DNA of 52,838 nt from Chloroflexota bacterium. Lineage in GTDB: Bacteria > Chloroflexota > Dehalococcoidia > Lucifugimonadales > UBA3495. The notes under the pieces are model-generated. The model did no database searches. It had not been told where the DNA came from and worked only from the letters and a program-made list of their open reading frames with translations. The position numbers and the translations under genes are program-made. Positions 20,995 to 29,833 of this stretch are shown one piece after another (the stretch's first letter is position 1; each line of letters opens with the position of its first letter). The DNA is taken from positions 1 to 52,838 of the forward strand of contig JAQBVF010000025.1 of assembly GCA_027623675.1 (NCBI GenBank). Reading direction: 5' to 3'.

Positions 20995-21702
20995 CTAACA
21001 GGGGTTGGACTCGGAGTTCGGGTCGCTGTCTTCGTCCGCCAGACCTGTCCGAACGGCGTAGGCCACAGCCTGCTGGCGGTTCCGCAGATCCAACTTTTCC
21101 AATATCCGCCGGAGATGCACTTTAACCGTGTTTTCTGTAACCGTAAGCTTGCCGGCGATCTCCCGGTTGGTGTCGCCCGTGGCTATCAGGTTCAAGACCT
21201 CACGCTCTCGGTTGCTCAAGTCATCCTGAGCTTCCTCAGGCTGATCGGTGGTCCATTGGTCCATCAACCCCTCGGCCAAATCTCCGGAAATGACTAGGTC
21301 TCCGCTGGCCAGCAACCGCAACCGGCCCACAAAGTCTTCGGCCGAGAGGCTATAAGACAGAAATCCCCTGACGCCGGCCTGAATCGCCGAAAGAAAGGTT
21401 TCCGGAGTTTGAGGACGACCGAGGATAACCACCGCCGGACGAGGCGAACTTTGAACCAGGTCTTTGATGATGTCGTCTTCCTCTTGGTCGTTGAGGCCCC
21501 AGTCCAATAGGATTATGTCGGCGGAATTTTTGCCTAGCTGCTGACGCAGCGATTTCATGGTATCCGCTTGGCCGGAGACGCGAAACGACGCCTGACCCAG
21601 CAGGTTGGAGAGCATGTCGCGAATAAGGTTGTCGCGATGGGCTAAGATCACCGCAGTAGTCCGCTGGGATGAACTTTGGTTTTGGGCGATGTTTGACACC
21701 AT
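20995..21702 (-). CDS. NarL/LuxR-family response regulator with atypical receiver
   Basis: REC-like N-terminus (IILLD); LSNREREVLNLIATGDTNREIAGKLTVTENTVKVHLRRILEKL LuxR HTH. Confidence 0.92.
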   Translation of the reverse strand: MVSNIAQNQSSSQRTTAVILAHRDNLIRDMLSNLLGQASFRVSGQADTMKSLRQQLGKNSADIILLDWGLNDQEEDDIIKDLVQSSPRPAVVILGRPQTPETFLSAIQAGVRGFLSYSLSAEDFVGRLRLLASGDLVISGDLAEGLMDQWTTDQPEEAQDDLSNREREVLNLIATGDTNREIAGKLTVTENTVKVHLRRILEKLDLRNRQQAVAYAVRTGLADEDSDPNSESNPC

Positions 21703-22112
21703 CCTTTTGAACCGGCTGGCCCATTCTTACCATGACGGCCAGAAGCTACCGTTGATTCTACCCTTGCACAAAGCAGTCTGTGCGCGTTTTGTCGTGGCCT
21801 CCGAGATTCCAGGCAGGAGGGAAATGACAGGTCAGGGAGTCTGATTGGTCAAGTTGGAGGACTCCCATAGCGCCACCACCGCCCTAGCGGCTAAGTTGGC
21901 CAGTATATCACACAGTCTGACCGATGCGGCATACCACATCCGGAACTGACGGCGCGCCAATCCTTGTGCCATCAGAGCACCGGCACTTCGATTATACTCC
22001 CGGTATTATAGTTTACCGTGGCTGCGACGGCATCCCTCGTGCTATAGCGGATGCTACCTTGGGAAATACCTCACCCTGCCAGGCACTCATCCCCCCAGCT
22101 ATTCACCCCCCC

Positions 22113-22215
22113 CCGCTCATCCTGAGCCTGTCGAAGGAGCGCATCAGTCAATTTCATCGCGGGGACGGGGTTGGCTTGCCCCGTAAACGTGGTTCGACAG
22201 GTTCACCATGAGCGG
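22113..22215. repeat. REP-like inverted pair of palindromic units
   Basis: ccgctcatcctgagcctgtcgaagg (22113-22137) is an imperfect inverted copy of ggttcgacaggttcaccatgagcgg (22191-22215). Confidence 0.65.
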
Positions 22216-22448
22216 AACCAAGTTCGCACCGCGACCGGCTTGGGTGCGGCTCAATTAGCGGCATGAGGGTCGCACGACGAGCGGTCCGAAGGCCGCACCG
22301 TGAGCGGTATCTGAGCCGAACTTCGAGCGGCCTGGGCGCTGCGCCTCGAAACATGGGTAGACTGAATCGGGTTATACAGCAAATAGGCGCACCGGTATCT
22401 GCGGGACGCCCATTTTCATGCCGTTAAACCCGGTATCCGCTTGGCCCG

Positions 22449-22763
22449 CTAAATCTTTCCCTTATCCTTGGTGAAGATCGGGCTTAGTTCGACGCGGGTT
22501 GGGTCGCCGTCGAACCAGGGGGAAACAGTCTCCCGCCATTTGGTGTAGTGGGGCGCGGAGCGGTGAGCGGTCTCCCACGCGTCGCGGTCTTGGTAGACCT
22601 CGTAGAGGTAGACCGTGTTTTCATCGTTCGGGTCGGCATGGACGTCGAATTGCAGACACCCTGGCTCGTTGTTGTTGGAGCCAACGGCATCGCCCATGGT
22701 CGCCTCGATGAATTCGGCGCGGTGCCCGTGTTTGATCTTGGCGGTTACAAATAGCGCAAACAT
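22449..22763 (-). CDS. ABM-family putative quinol monooxygenase (LsrG-like)
   Basis: EPGCLQFDV, VYLYEVY, AHRSAPHY..WRETV. Confidence 0.88.
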   Translation of the reverse strand: MFALFVTAKIKHGHRAEFIEATMGDAVGSNNNEPGCLQFDVHADPNDENTVYLYEVYQDRDAWETAHRSAPHYTKWRETVSPWFDGDPTRVELSPIFTKDKGKI

Positions 22764-22931
22764 TACTTCTCCACAGGATCTGACTTGGCCGGACGACAGA
22801 GCGACCGGACTGCGCCATTATAGCCAGGCAACTTTGAGGCGACAAGAAGCCTGGGCCAGCCTGGATGACACCGCCGGACGCCCGTTGTAGAATGGCACAT
22901 CCGCTTATTAATCATTAGGGGGGTCCGCTTC

Positions 22932-23159
22932 ATGGCCGATATCCCAGTGGTCTACACGCTAACAGTCTGTCCCGCCTGCGATGCCCTGCGCGCGGCCTGG
23001 AAACGGGACGGCATCGAGTATCAAGAGATCAGGGTGGACCAGAACCAGGACGACCTGGACGCGGCCCTCGATTACGCCGACAACGTGCCCATCATCATCT
23101 ACCCCGACGGCAGGGTGGAGGTGGGGTTCCAGGGAATGACCGGTTGAGAGATCGGCTAG
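22932..23159 (+). CDS. Glutaredoxin-like protein, probable selenoprotein (Uxx-star-like; TGA 23145-23147 read as Sec, stop TAG 23157-23159)
   Basis: YTLTVCPAC, VPII, VEVGFQGMTG-TGA-EIG-TAG; SECIS-like hairpin follows. Confidence 0.7.
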
Positions 23160-23180
23160 CGGGCCGTCGGCCCGCCCAGG
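23148..23180 (+). promoter_or_regulatory. Putative bacterial SECIS element
   Basis: Stem gcgggcc/ggcccgc (23159-23175) with a loop starting GU, 18 nt after the UGA. Confidence 0.6.
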
Positions 23181-23224
23181 CAACCAGGATAGCAAACGAG
23201 TCGCCCGATAAATTTGGAGGAATC

Positions 23225-23809
23225 ATGGCCAGAGAAGATAGCGTTGTAACCCCGGAGCGTTTCTCCCAGGGGTTCGATTACCCCTCATATATGGCCCAGA
23301 TTAAAGTAAACAAGGCCCGCTTCGAAGGGTTTTACGACGGCTTCCAAGTTAGCGCTGAAGACACGGCATTCTTCAAGGAATTAGCCCAGCGCCCCAACGG
23401 GCCGGCCAAGTTGATGGTCATCGGCGAGGACTGGTGCGGCGACGTGATCCGGGGACTGCCGGTGCTGGCCAAGATCGCCGACGCCGCCGGCATCCCCATC
23501 AGCATCTTCCCCCGCGATTCCAACAACGACATCATGGACGAGTACCTGAAGGAAGGCCAATACATGTCCATCCCGGTGGCCGTGTTCTACACCGCCGATC
23601 ACCGGTATATCTGTCATTGGATCGAACGGCCTGAGATTGCAGCGGTGGAGCAGCGGGAGATCGAGAAGGCCATCCGCGAGGAGAACCCCGGCATCGACGA
23701 CCGCGAGTTCGGCCAGCAACGCCGCGCCCGCACCGCCGCCAAGGCGGAAGAATGGATCGCCGCCACGGTGGTCGAGTTGAAGGCGCTGCTGGAAAAGAGC
23801 ATTTCTTAG
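23225..23809 (+). CDS. Thioredoxin-family protein (WCGD type)
   Basis: GEDWCGDV, SIPVAVF, WIERP; ggagg RBS before ATG 23225. Confidence 0.85.
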   Translation: MAREDSVVTPERFSQGFDYPSYMAQIKVNKARFEGFYDGFQVSAEDTAFFKELAQRPNGPAKLMVIGEDWCGDVIRGLPVLAKIADAAGIPISIFPRDSNNDIMDEYLKEGQYMSIPVAVFYTADHRYICHWIERPEIAAVEQREIEKAIREENPGIDDREFGQQRRARTAAKAEEWIAATVVELKALLEKSIS

Positions 23810-23830
23810 TCCACCGGCTGCAGAACACCA

Positions 23831-23862
23831 AGAGGCGCGCGTCTTGTGTCACTCGCGCCTCT
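23831..23862. terminator. Hairpin between convergent genes
   Basis: agaggcgcg / cgcgcctct arms. Confidence 0.5.
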
Positions 23863-23876
23863 TTCATTCTGGCCAA

Positions 23877-25205
23877 TCAGGCCGCCGTTTCGGCGTTGAC
23901 CAGTCCGGTCAGTTTGGGTCTCCGGGCGATCAGGAATAGGACTGCGCCCAGACTGTTCAGGCCGGCCATGAGCAGGAACGCCATCTTGTAATCGCCCAAT
24001 TCATCACGCATGAAACCGGCCAACGGAGCGGCGATCAGCAGCAATATATTCATGGGAACCGTGGAGATGCCCAGAATCTTTCCGAACGACGCCCGTCCGA
24101 AATAGTCTCCCCTGATGGCCGTGGTCAGCGGGGTGCGGCCGCCGAATCCGATGCCGAACATCACTGCGAACAGATAGAAATAGACCAAGTTTGAACCCAG
24201 AGTCAAGAAAACCACGCCTATACCCTGGATGCCCGTGAAGATGAAGAGGGCCACATTCTTGGGTATCCGGTCGCCGATCCAGCCGCCCAGGAACTGGAAC
24301 ACGATGGCCACCGAAGTTTGAACCGTGATCACCCAAGCGGTGGTCTGCACGCCGTAACCCACGTCTTGGAGCAGCAATCCGAGATGGGACATGATCGCCA
24401 GCACGGCCATGGAGCCGAACCCGTGGCCGAAGGATATGCACCAGAAAGCCTGGGTCCTCAGGGCCTGGCCGATGGTCAGTTCCAGTTCTTCCTTTGGCTG
24501 GCCAGCCACTTCTCCGGCGGCTGCGGCGGCGGCCGCCACGGGACGCTCGCCGTCGGGGTAACTTCCAATGTCTTCGGGCTTATTCCGGACCAGCTTGGGC
24601 AGGATCATCGCTGAGGCCAGGGCAATCACAGCCAGAATCTCGGCGGTGTGCCGCCAGCCCAACCGGTCGGCGTCGGGGTCTATCAGCCACGCGATCAGCG
24701 GCACCAACACCAATGCGCCGGCCCCCATCCCCATCATCGCCAACCCCATGGCCAGGCCGCGGCGCCGCACGAACCAGTGATTCAGCAGCGTCATCACCGT
24801 GAGCCAGCCTGCCTGACCCTGGCCCACGGACATGATGAAATAAGCCAGGTAGAACATCCACAGGTTCTCCACCCGGCTGAACAAAAAGAACCCGGCGGTC
24901 AGAATCATCAGGCCGGTGAACACCATGAAGCGGGTGCCCATCCGGTCGACCAGGTACCCGGCGATGGGTCCGGTGAGGCTGCCCTCGATGCGGGTGAAGC
25001 TGAGGGCCAAGCCCAACTGGGTGCGGCTCCATCCGAATTGGGACTCAAGCGCCACCGCCCAGACCGCGGTGGCCTGGAAGACGGGAACCGCGGTGATGAC
25101 CATGATGAAACCGCTGATGGCCACCATCCACCAACCGTAGAAGACGCCCCTAGCCTTACTCACGGGGCTGCCCCAGAGACTTCCGAAACCCAGAAGGCTA
25201 AACAA
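23877..25205 (-). CDS. MFS transporter (OFA/MCT-like)
   Basis: FYGWW, GYLVDRMGTR, WFVRRRGLAMG, GDYFGRASFG; about 12 TMs; start uncertain. Confidence 0.9.
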   Translation of the reverse strand: MFSLLGFGSLWGSPVSKARGVFYGWWMVAISGFIMVITAVPVFQATAVWAVALESQFGWSRTQLGLALSFTRIEGSLTGPIAGYLVDRMGTRFMVFTGLMILTAGFFLFSRVENLWMFYLAYFIMSVGQGQAGWLTVMTLLNHWFVRRRGLAMGLAMMGMGAGALVLVPLIAWLIDPDADRLGWRHTAEILAVIALASAMILPKLVRNKPEDIGSYPDGERPVAAAAAAAGEVAGQPKEELELTIGQALRTQAFWCISFGHGFGSMAVLAIMSHLGLLLQDVGYGVQTTAWVITVQTSVAIVFQFLGGWIGDRIPKNVALFIFTGIQGIGVVFLTLGSNLVYFYLFAVMFGIGFGGRTPLTTAIRGDYFGRASFGKILGISTVPMNILLLIAAPLAGFMRDELGDYKMAFLLMAGLNSLGAVLFLIARRPKLTGLVNAETAA

Positions 25206-25439
25206 GTCTCACCGAGTCAGACCCGTGACCTAGGGAAACCGGCCGGTAAATCACTATTTTCATCGGGTCTTAGAATACCCCTACGGATTTGCTATTACAA
25301 TCAAGAGCAAAATCAATCGGCATACGGTTGTGAATCGTAGCCGATCAACCACAGTTTGCCGCCCCCTTTGCCATTCCCGCCTTGGACGCTAGAATGGGGG
25401 CGCTAGCAAGACGGCCATTCTACCTAGGACTGGAGCGTT

Positions 25440-26525
25440 ATGGAATACGGATTATTTCTGATGCCATCCCACCCGCCGGAACGGGACACGTTCCAAGCCC
25501 ATCAGTGGGACCTGGACTGCCTGGCATTAGCCGACGGTCTGGGGTTTTCGGAAGCCTGGATCGGCGAGCATTACACATCGCCGTGGGAACCGTTCCCGTC
25601 GCCGGACCTGATGATTGCCCAAGCTTTGATGCGGACCAAGAACATCCGGCTGGGGACCGGCGTCCATCTGCTGCCGTACCACCACCCCGCCGAGTTGGCT
25701 TGCCGGGTGGCCTATCTGGACCACATCGCCCAGGGCCGGTTCATGTTCGGCATCGGCTCCGGCGGCCTGCCCACCGACTACACCATGTTCGACGTTGACG
25801 GCATGAACGGCCAACACCGGGAGATGACCCGCGAGTCGATTGACATAATCCTTAAGCTCTGGGGGTCTGATGAGCCGTTCGAATACAAGGGCCAATTCTG
25901 GAACGTGAACCTGCCGGAGCCCCAATTCGGCACGCTGCGGCACCACATCAAGCCCTTCCAGAAGCCACATCCGCCCATTGGCGTGGCCTCGGTTAGCGTG
26001 GCGTCAGAGACGCTCAAGATTGCCGGCGAACGGGGTTTCATCCCCATGAGCCTGGCGTTCAACGGCGACTACGTGATCAGCCACTGGGACGCGGTGATGG
26101 AGGGCGCCCAACGCAGCGGCAAGACCCCCAGCCGGAAGGACTGGCGCATCACCAGGGACGTGTGGGTGGCCGACTCGGACGACGAAGCCTACGACCAGGC
26201 GGTGAACGGTATGCTGGGCCGGGTCTGGGGCGAGTACCTGCTGCCCTTGTTCGACCAGTTCTCGTTGCTCCACGTCATCAAGCACGACTCCAGCATCCCC
26301 GACTCGGCGGTCACCCCGGAGTACATGGCTGAGAACGTGTGGCTCATCGGCTCGCCCGACACCGTGGAGAAGAAGATACTCAGCCTCTACGAGATGTGCG
26401 GCGGTTTCGGCACTCTGCTTTCGTTGGTCTACGACAACATGGACAACCAGAAGGGCTGGGAAAAGTCCATGAAGCTGCTGTCTAATGAAGTGATGCCCCG
26501 GTTCGCCGATATGGTTCCCGACTAA
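25440..26525 (+). CDS. LLM-class flavin-dependent oxidoreductase
   Basis: MEYGLFLMPSHPP, AWIGEHY, LPYHHPAELA, PFQKPHPPI, GSPDTV. Confidence 0.93.
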   Translation: MEYGLFLMPSHPPERDTFQAHQWDLDCLALADGLGFSEAWIGEHYTSPWEPFPSPDLMIAQALMRTKNIRLGTGVHLLPYHHPAELACRVAYLDHIAQGRFMFGIGSGGLPTDYTMFDVDGMNGQHREMTRESIDIILKLWGSDEPFEYKGQFWNVNLPEPQFGTLRHHIKPFQKPHPPIGVASVSVASETLKIAGERGFIPMSLAFNGDYVISHWDAVMEGAQRSGKTPSRKDWRITRDVWVADSDDEAYDQAVNGMLGRVWGEYLLPLFDQFSLLHVIKHDSSIPDSAVTPEYMAENVWLIGSPDTVEKKILSLYEMCGGFGTLLSLVYDNMDNQKGWEKSMKLLSNEVMPRFADMVPD

Positions 26526-26725
26526 GAAATCGAGGATGCCCATCAGGACCAACTGCGTTACCCAGACGAAATCGGGAGCGGTAATCGCCGTGAAACACGC
26601 CGACTCCCGCCGCAACAATGGCCCCGAGGATGCGGATATCGAAGGCTACAGGACCGCCAGGTTGATGCACTGATACCTGGACAAAACGAAAGGCTGACCA
26701 GCCACCCCACCGCATCTCTAAGAAT

Positions 26726-26758
26726 CAGAAAGGCCACCCATCAAGGGCGGCCTTTCTG
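26726..26758. terminator. Intrinsic terminator-like hairpin
   Basis: cagaaaggccaccc...gggcggcctttctg between convergent genes. Confidence 0.65.
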
Positions 26759-26792
26759 CTATCCAGTCGCTGCCGGCGATTTAGACTAAGAC

Positions 26793-27896
26793 TTAGGCGG
26801 GCTTCCGCCTGAGAGGGGCGCTAACCTCGTGGAGGAAGCTAAGTATCTCTTTGTTGGACTGCCAAACGCCGGTTTGGTGGTAGGGTATGCCCTTCTCCTC
26901 GCAGAACGACTGCACGATCACCTGGGCCTTTTTCAGGTTGTTGCGGGGCATGTTGGGGAACAGGTGGTGCTCGATCTGATAATTCAACCCGCCGTACCAG
27001 AAATCGGCGATGGGGCTTCCCTCGACGTTTCGGGCGGTCAGCACCTGCTGGTGCAGGTAGTCCATCTCTTCCTCTTTCTCCAAGATGGGCATGCCCTTGT
27101 GGTTGGGAGCGAAGACCGAGCCCATATAAACGCCGCCCAGGGCCCGGTGCACCACGATGAACAGCGCTCCATGCCAGGGGCCCAGGAAGAAGAATATCAG
27201 GCCCAGGTAGGCTGCCAACCCGGCCACGACCAGGACCGGCTCGGCGATGGGATAGCGCATGCGCTCCTTGCGGATCTGGTAGGCGATGCCGCCAAAGAGC
27301 AGGCTGATGGCGGTCAACACCAACAGGGGGTAGAACAAGAAGGCTTGGTAACGGACGGTGAGGCGGCCGATGCCCCGCATCGCCACGGCCTGTTCGTGGG
27401 TGAAGGCGAAGAGGGAAACCTCGATATCGCCATCGATCTCAAGCTGATTGGGGGCACGGTGGTGGGTGTTGTGCTTGTCCTGCCACCAACTGGGAGTCAT
27501 GCCCGTTAGGAACCCCACCGCCAGGAGAACCCAGTCGTTCCGCTTGACCGACTTGAATATCTGGCGGTGGCCGGAATCGTGTCCCATGAAACCAAGGTTG
27601 GTGAAAACCAGGGCTAGGAAGACCGCGTTCAGCATCTGTATCCAAAGGGTGCCGCTGAAGATGATGAGAACGGCGACGCTGGCGGCTATCATGGCGGCCA
27701 CGCTGGGTATCTTCCAGGCGTAATAGAGGTATTGCCGGTCCAACAGGCCCGCGTTCGTCACCCGGCGCTTGAGGTCAAGGTACTCGCGGTCGCGGTCCTG
27801 TCTGATGATGGGCTCCGCGGAGTCAGCCTCAACCCTGTCGTCGGTCGAGACGCCTACCGCGGCGCCGGCCATTTCGTTTTTACTGATGGTATGCAA
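26793..27896 (-). CDS. Membrane fatty acid/acyl-CoA desaturase
   Basis: His boxes HDSGH, HNTHH and QIEHH(LFP); FAPNHKGM. Confidence 0.92.
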   Translation of the reverse strand: MHTISKNEMAGAAVGVSTDDRVEADSAEPIIRQDRDREYLDLKRRVTNAGLLDRQYLYYAWKIPSVAAMIAASVAVLIIFSGTLWIQMLNAVFLALVFTNLGFMGHDSGHRQIFKSVKRNDWVLLAVGFLTGMTPSWWQDKHNTHHRAPNQLEIDGDIEVSLFAFTHEQAVAMRGIGRLTVRYQAFLFYPLLVLTAISLLFGGIAYQIRKERMRYPIAEPVLVVAGLAAYLGLIFFFLGPWHGALFIVVHRALGGVYMGSVFAPNHKGMPILEKEEEMDYLHQQVLTARNVEGSPIADFWYGGLNYQIEHHLFPNMPRNNLKKAQVIVQSFCEEKGIPYHQTGVWQSNKEILSFLHEVSAPLRRKPA

Positions 27897-28078
27897 CTCC
27901 CATGACGCTAAGCAGGTTCCAGTGTATCTGCGCCGCTATATATGATCGCCGCCGGACATTGTCTTGGATTATACCGGCCTGACTCCGCAATGACCAACGG
28001 CAACCCGAGCAGGTTGCAAGCGAATACGGGCGTGGCGATCCGCCCAGCCAAGTTCGCGGGCCAACCAAACTCGCTGGC

Positions 28079-28879
28079 CTAGACTTTGACCGCCTTGGCC
28101 ACCTCATCCCGGATATTTTTGGCCGTAGTCTTCAGGGCGTTTAGGACGATGGACGGAGGCGCCGGGGCCACCGAGCAGTAGTTGACTCCCATGTCCAGCA
28201 GGTCCTGGGGGGTGAACCGGCAGGCCGCGTGGTTCACTGGGATATAGACCTTGGCGTTGCCTACGGCTTTAACCTTGGCCGCCAGTTCCACAAAGGTTTC
28301 CCTCAGTTTGGGATCGGCGGGATCGGTCATCCCAAGGGCAGTGCTGATATCGGTGGGGCCCAGGGCGATGATGTCGATGCCGGGCACGGCGGCGATGTCG
28401 GCGATGGCGTCCAGGCTGGCTACGTCTTCGGTCATAACAATGAGGAGAATCTCCTCGTTGGAGGTCTTCATATGCTCGGTCCAAGGCACCGTGCCATAAC
28501 CGGCGGCCCGGGTGCTTCCGGCCCCGCCCCGGTCTCCCACTGGGGGATAACGGACGGCCTCCACCGCCTTCTTCGCGCCCTCGACCCCCGCGATGTGGGG
28601 GATCTGGACTCCCTGAGCGCCCATGTCCAGCACCCGGAGGATGGTCTTGGGGTTCTCGTCGGGCACGCGGACGACCGGGGTAATGCCGCAGAGGTCGGCC
28701 ACCCGAATCATCTCTCCCACGGTTTCCATGTCGAAGACCGAATGCTCCATGTCGATGAACGCGCCGTCAAATCCGGCCATGGCGATGATCTCGATCACCG
28801 CTGGGTCCGCGAAGCCGACGTGGCTCACGATGGCCAGTCCGCCTTCGCGCATGACTTTCTTGATCCGGTTCTGCTTCAT
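28079..28879 (-). CDS. HpcH/HpaI aldolase/citrate lyase family
   Basis: GFDGAFIDMEH, VRVP, LDMGAQG, RYPPVGDRG, GPTDIS. Confidence 0.9.
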   Translation of the reverse strand: MKQNRIKKVMREGGLAIVSHVGFADPAVIEIIAMAGFDGAFIDMEHSVFDMETVGEMIRVADLCGITPVVRVPDENPKTILRVLDMGAQGVQIPHIAGVEGAKKAVEAVRYPPVGDRGGAGSTRAAGYGTVPWTEHMKTSNEEILLIVMTEDVASLDAIADIAAVPGIDIIALGPTDISTALGMTDPADPKLRETFVELAAKVKAVGNAKVYIPVNHAACRFTPQDLLDMGVNYCSVAPAPPSIVLNALKTTAKNIRDEVAKAVKV

Positions 28880-29022
28880 GTCTATCTCCCCATTTCCTTG
28901 CAAATCTATCGGCCGCCGGCGGACCCAACAGGACCTGGCGAGGCCTTACATAATTCAAACTTGGTCGAGTGTAGAGACGGTCCGTGGCGGTGTCAATCTT
29001 GGCAGGCGGGTTACGAACGCTT

Positions 29023-29796
29023 TCAGCGGGGCGCTTGGACCAGTTCGACGGTGTCGCCAACCGATGCCGCGCCGGGATTTTCAACCGACCCGTAGACGCC
29101 GAAATAGGCGGCCCGGGAGCCGGGCCGGTAGCTTAGAAGCAGATTGGGGACGTCGAAATCTGGCAGGCCGGTTTCGGGGTCCAGGGTGGTGATGGCGCAG
29201 CGTGGGTCGGGCGCAACCAGGCGGATACGGAGTTCCGGCCCGATCTGCACCACGCCGCCCAACCAGGAGTCTTCTTCATGGGGCGAGCAGCCTTCGATGA
29301 GAAAGTTGGGGCGGAATCTCCTGCCCTCGAATATCCCGCCGTCGGCCCGCCGGTTTCCCAGGAAGTCGATGGACTCCTGGGACACAATCGAGATGGGGTA
29401 TTCGTCGTAACTCTCGCCTGGTCTAACGGTCTTGACCAGGCGCACTGGAGACCCACAGAACTCCGATAGCGCTTCGTTCCACGGCCCGGAAACCTGGCGG
29501 CCGGTCACCCGGCGGCCCCAGATAACAGTGCTTACGGGGCCACCCGACCCGGCCTGGCCGGTCACGCGTTCACCATCCGGGAACTCCAAGGTGAGGACTC
29601 CGGAGTCGGCGGAATATTCGGCTTTGACCAAAACTAGCAGACCCTTTTGGCGTTGGGTCAGCAAGCGTCCTTCCGCGTCGATCAGGTGGAAACGGCGGTC
29701 GTCGGCGATGCCGGAGTGCCCCACCATCACCGATGCCGGTTCCTCCAGGGAGAGCGATTTTACCGTCGAGGTGAATATCGACGCTACTGTGGGCAA
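29023..29796 (-). CDS. MOSC-domain protein
   Basis: VKSL, DRRFHL, RRFRPNF, EEDSW, RCAITTLDPETG, FGVYG. Confidence 0.9.
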   Translation of the reverse strand: MPTVASIFTSTVKSLSLEEPASVMVGHSGIADDRRFHLIDAEGRLLTQRQKGLLVLVKAEYSADSGVLTLEFPDGERVTGQAGSGGPVSTVIWGRRVTGRQVSGPWNEALSEFCGSPVRLVKTVRPGESYDEYPISIVSQESIDFLGNRRADGGIFEGRRFRPNFLIEGCSPHEEDSWLGGVVQIGPELRIRLVAPDPRCAITTLDPETGLPDFDVPNLLLSYRPGSRAAYFGVYGSVENPGAASVGDTVELVQAPR

Positions 29797-29833
29797 TTCA
29801 GACTCCCATCTATCTGGATCGGCCAGGGCCGGT

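Noticed and set aside
23144..23224. Upstream TTG start for the thioredoxin given in the ORF track
   Set aside because: It overlaps the Sec codon and SECIS; ATG 23225 has a strong ggagg RBS.
26525..26715. Hydrophobic frameshifted remnant (AIVAAGVGVF/TAITAPDFVWVTQLVLMGIL), faintly TatC-like
   Set aside because: Too short and broken to support a call.
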